Origin: an uncultured bacterium
GTDB taxonomy: Bacteria > Zixibacteria > MSB-5A5 > GN15 > FEB-12
Length of the DNA: 50,338 nucleotides
Reading direction: 5' to 3'
Assembly (NCBI GenBank): GCA_965372795.1
Contig: CBDVDR010000022.1
Span: forward strand, 1 to 50,338
Program-made: the position numbers and the translations under genes
The notes under the pieces: model-generated
The model's input: the letters and a program-made list of their open reading frames with translations, nothing else
Told to the model about the DNA's origin: nothing
The model's database searches: none
Part shown: positions 48,486-50,338 of the stretch, in pieces
Numbering within the stretch: the stretch's first letter is position 1
How the letters are laid out: each line of letters starts with the position of its first letter

Positions 48486-49262
48486 TTAGGGACAACTGGG
48501 TGGGGGAGGACCAAATAGAAACATATAATCCACTAAGAAAGATAAGTCCGAAATGTTTACTTCCCCATCGCCATTGACATCTGTCTCAAGCATACAATCA
48601 GGAGTGTAGGTACCGAAAAACATGTACTGTACAAAATAATCTATGTCACCGATATTTATAAGGTCTTCACCGGAGTCACGAACATTCCCACGAATCCCTG
48701 AGCAACAGTCAACAATTTCAAAACAATGTGGTCCGCTCCAACCGGGAACCAAACTCCCAGTATCTAAATTCCATAACCAGGGACCGGCAGGAGGATAAAA
48801 TGATGAGTCGATACAAATTGTTTTACCAATCATATCAGAAGAAACACTTGTATGAACAGTCACAGCCCAGTCATCAAAAGGAGGTATGATTCCGGTTGAA
48901 AATAATTTGAATGCGCCGAACCCTATTGTATCAGCTCCGGAGCCGGTAATACTGAAATTTTGTATAAAAATACCACCGTCATAAAACATGCTTAACATTG
49001 GATTCGCTGTCATAGTTATAGGTTCCCAGGTAGCACCATCAGGTGACCATACTTTATATGCATTAGTGCTTCCACCAAGAACTCCGCTTTCTACTTTATA
49101 AAAGAAATGCCACGCTATCGGTCGATCAGCAATAATTGTATTAGGATCATCGTATGAAATTCCTTCTGTATGGTGAAGGTAAATCTCATCAGCTCCGAAT
49201 AGTGGTGTTACAAAAACAACAAAGCTTAATAGAAGGATGATTTGATAAATTCTTTTGTTCAT
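48486..49262 (-). CDS. Secreted dockerin-domain protein, paralog 1
   Basis: Same architecture; CCSGIRGNV..NIGDI / ETDVNGDGEVNISDL. Confidence 0.85.
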   Translation of the reverse strand: MNKRIYQIILLLSFVVFVTPLFGADEIYLHHTEGISYDDPNTIIADRPIAWHFFYKVESGVLGGSTNAYKVWSPDGATWEPITMTANPMLSMFYDGGIFIQNFSITGSGADTIGFGAFKLFSTGIIPPFDDWAVTVHTSVSSDMIGKTICIDSSFYPPAGPWLWNLDTGSLVPGWSGPHCFEIVDCCSGIRGNVRDSGEDLINIGDIDYFVQYMFFGTYTPDCMLETDVNGDGEVNISDLSFLVDYMFLFGPPPPSCP

Positions 49263-49533
49263 TTTACACCTCAGATGTTTTTAATTCTGCAATCTTGTAA
49301 ATTTGGAAGTGAGAATCCTTCTCAATAAAGAAATGCTTTATCAAATAAACCAATAATCACATTACTACTTAATGCCCAAAGCTTCTCTTTATAGATTTAA
49401 TAAGGATTGTTACATAATGAATATAAGATTTAAGATTTAGTCAAGCAATAAACACCAACATAGCCCTATGTTATCTCGTATAAATCATGCTTGTTTATAA
49501 TAGCTTACTTTAATAGAGTCAATTAGTGCTGCA

Positions 49534-49549
49534 TGTGAGTTGGATCACA
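49534..49549. promoter_or_regulatory. CRP-family binding site
   Basis: Perfect TGTGA-N6-TCACA (ATGTGAGTTGGATCACAT) in a divergent intergenic region. Confidence 0.65.
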
Positions 49550-49588
49550 TTAACCAAAGTAGGATTAATTGGTTTGTATAATTTAAGC

Positions 49589-49615
49589 TAACCTATTATA
49601 TTTAAGTGCCGATAA
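49589..49615 (+). promoter_or_regulatory. sigma28-type promoter upstream of the rRNA promoter
   Basis: TAAC-N15-GCCGATAA. Confidence 0.65.
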
Positions 49616-49731
49616 AACTATACGAACTAATATATGAATAGCCCTTAAAGAGGTTTAAAAGGGTCATTTAGGGGACAGTTGAGAAAAAGTAAAAAAAGTT
49701 TGTTTTTTTTCGTTTTTTATGAAAAAACGTC

Positions 49732-49760
49732 TTGACATCTGTTCCCAAGGCATATATAAT
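49732..49760 (+). promoter_or_regulatory. Consensus sigma70 rRNA promoter
   Basis: TTGACA-N17-TATAAT with a GC-rich discriminator (GGGCGTC) and upstream A/T tracts (UP element-like). Confidence 0.93.
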
Positions 49761-49768
49761 GGGCGTCT

Positions 49769-49818
49769 GCTTGGCCAACGTGCTAAGCGGTATTTTTTTC
49801 GCTTTGTTCTTTGAAAAC
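49769..49818 (+). promoter_or_regulatory. rrn antitermination boxB hairpin and boxA
   Basis: GCTTGGC..GCTAAGC hairpin followed by TGTTCTTTGAAAAC. Confidence 0.75.
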
Positions 49819-49967
49819 TAAATAGTCAACTGAAGTTTAGAGTTATATGCTTCTTTTTATGTCGTGGAACTTGGATTTCTTGTAAATCCAAGGACCCCAA
49901 ATCAATACAATTTCTGAACAATACCTCTGGTGTTGTTTCGAGCTTGGAAATTCAAAAAATCATAATA

Positions 49968-50338
49968 TTTTATGGAGAGTTTGATCCTGGCTCAGAACGA
50001 ACGCTGGCGGCGTGCTTAATACATGCAAGTCGAACGAGAAAGCCCGATTTCGGTTGGGCGAGTAAAGTGGCGAACGGGTGAGTAACACGTGGACAATCTA
50101 CCTTTAAATTTGGGATAATCCTTCGAAAGAGGGTCTAATACCGAATAATACTATTGAAGGGCATCCTTTGATGGTCAAAGGCGGGGTAACCTGTCGTTTA
50201 AAGATGAGTCCGCGTCCCATTAGCTTGTTGGTGAGGTAACGGCTCACCAAGGCTGCGATGGGTAGCCGGCCTGAGAGGGCGATCGGCCACACTGGGACTG
50301 AGATACGGCCCAGACTCCTACGGGAGGCAGCAGTAGGG
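49968..50338 (+). rRNA. rrs: 16S rRNA, 5' part (runs off the window)
   Basis: AGAGTTTGATCCTGGCTCAG at 49976, CATGCAAGTCGAAC, GGGTGAGTAACAC, ACTCCTACGGGAGGCAGCAG. The 5' end is approximate. Confidence 0.99.

Noticed and set aside
45858..49262. Diversity-generating retroelement or shufflon acting on the paralog array
   Set aside because: No reverse transcriptase or recombinase, no template/variable repeat pair with adenine-specific differences, and the paralogs diverge along their whole length.
50104..50292. 62-aa minus-strand ORF
   Set aside because: Antisense shadow of the 16S rRNA gene.

Overview
AT-rich bacterial chromosomal window with no integrase, transposase, CRISPR array or prophage visible. 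Cys-flanked dockerin proteins together with a FlgD-Ig/T9SS-like C-terminal domain suggest an FCB-group lineage such as Zixibacteria (inference; the partial 16S gene at the right end can test this). In order: probable 3' end of prmA, rsmE, prepilin peptidase, orphan sensor kinase, efp, short RNase HIII, a lipoprotein, a three-gene GAF/histidine-kinase operon, an FMN riboswitch-led ribD-ribE-ribBA-ribH-nusB operon, a DUF2723/GT4/UPF0104 glycosylation trio, a small sigma-region-4 HTH gene followed by a structured transcript, a ZIP transporter, a rhodanese/DoxX pair, an MSHA-like type IV filament cluster, an Omp85-like protein, secreted metalloproteases, two WYL-family paralogs flanking a GAF-PAS-LuxR regulator, four tandem dockerin-bearing paralogs and the start of an rRNA operon. 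Best candidates for new biology: (1) seven sigma28-type promoters (consensus TAAA-N15-GCCGATAA) in front of the pilus, peptidase and kinase genes, a dockerin protease and the rrn region; (2) a pseudokinase + ChpT-like + hybrid kinase operon resembling DivL-ChpT-CckA; (3) a non-cellulolytic dockerin protein array; (4) a WYL/pseudo-WYL pair with a structured leader RNA; (5) a 16-bp-period repeat array upstream of efp. All calls come from manual motif reading; no database searches were run.
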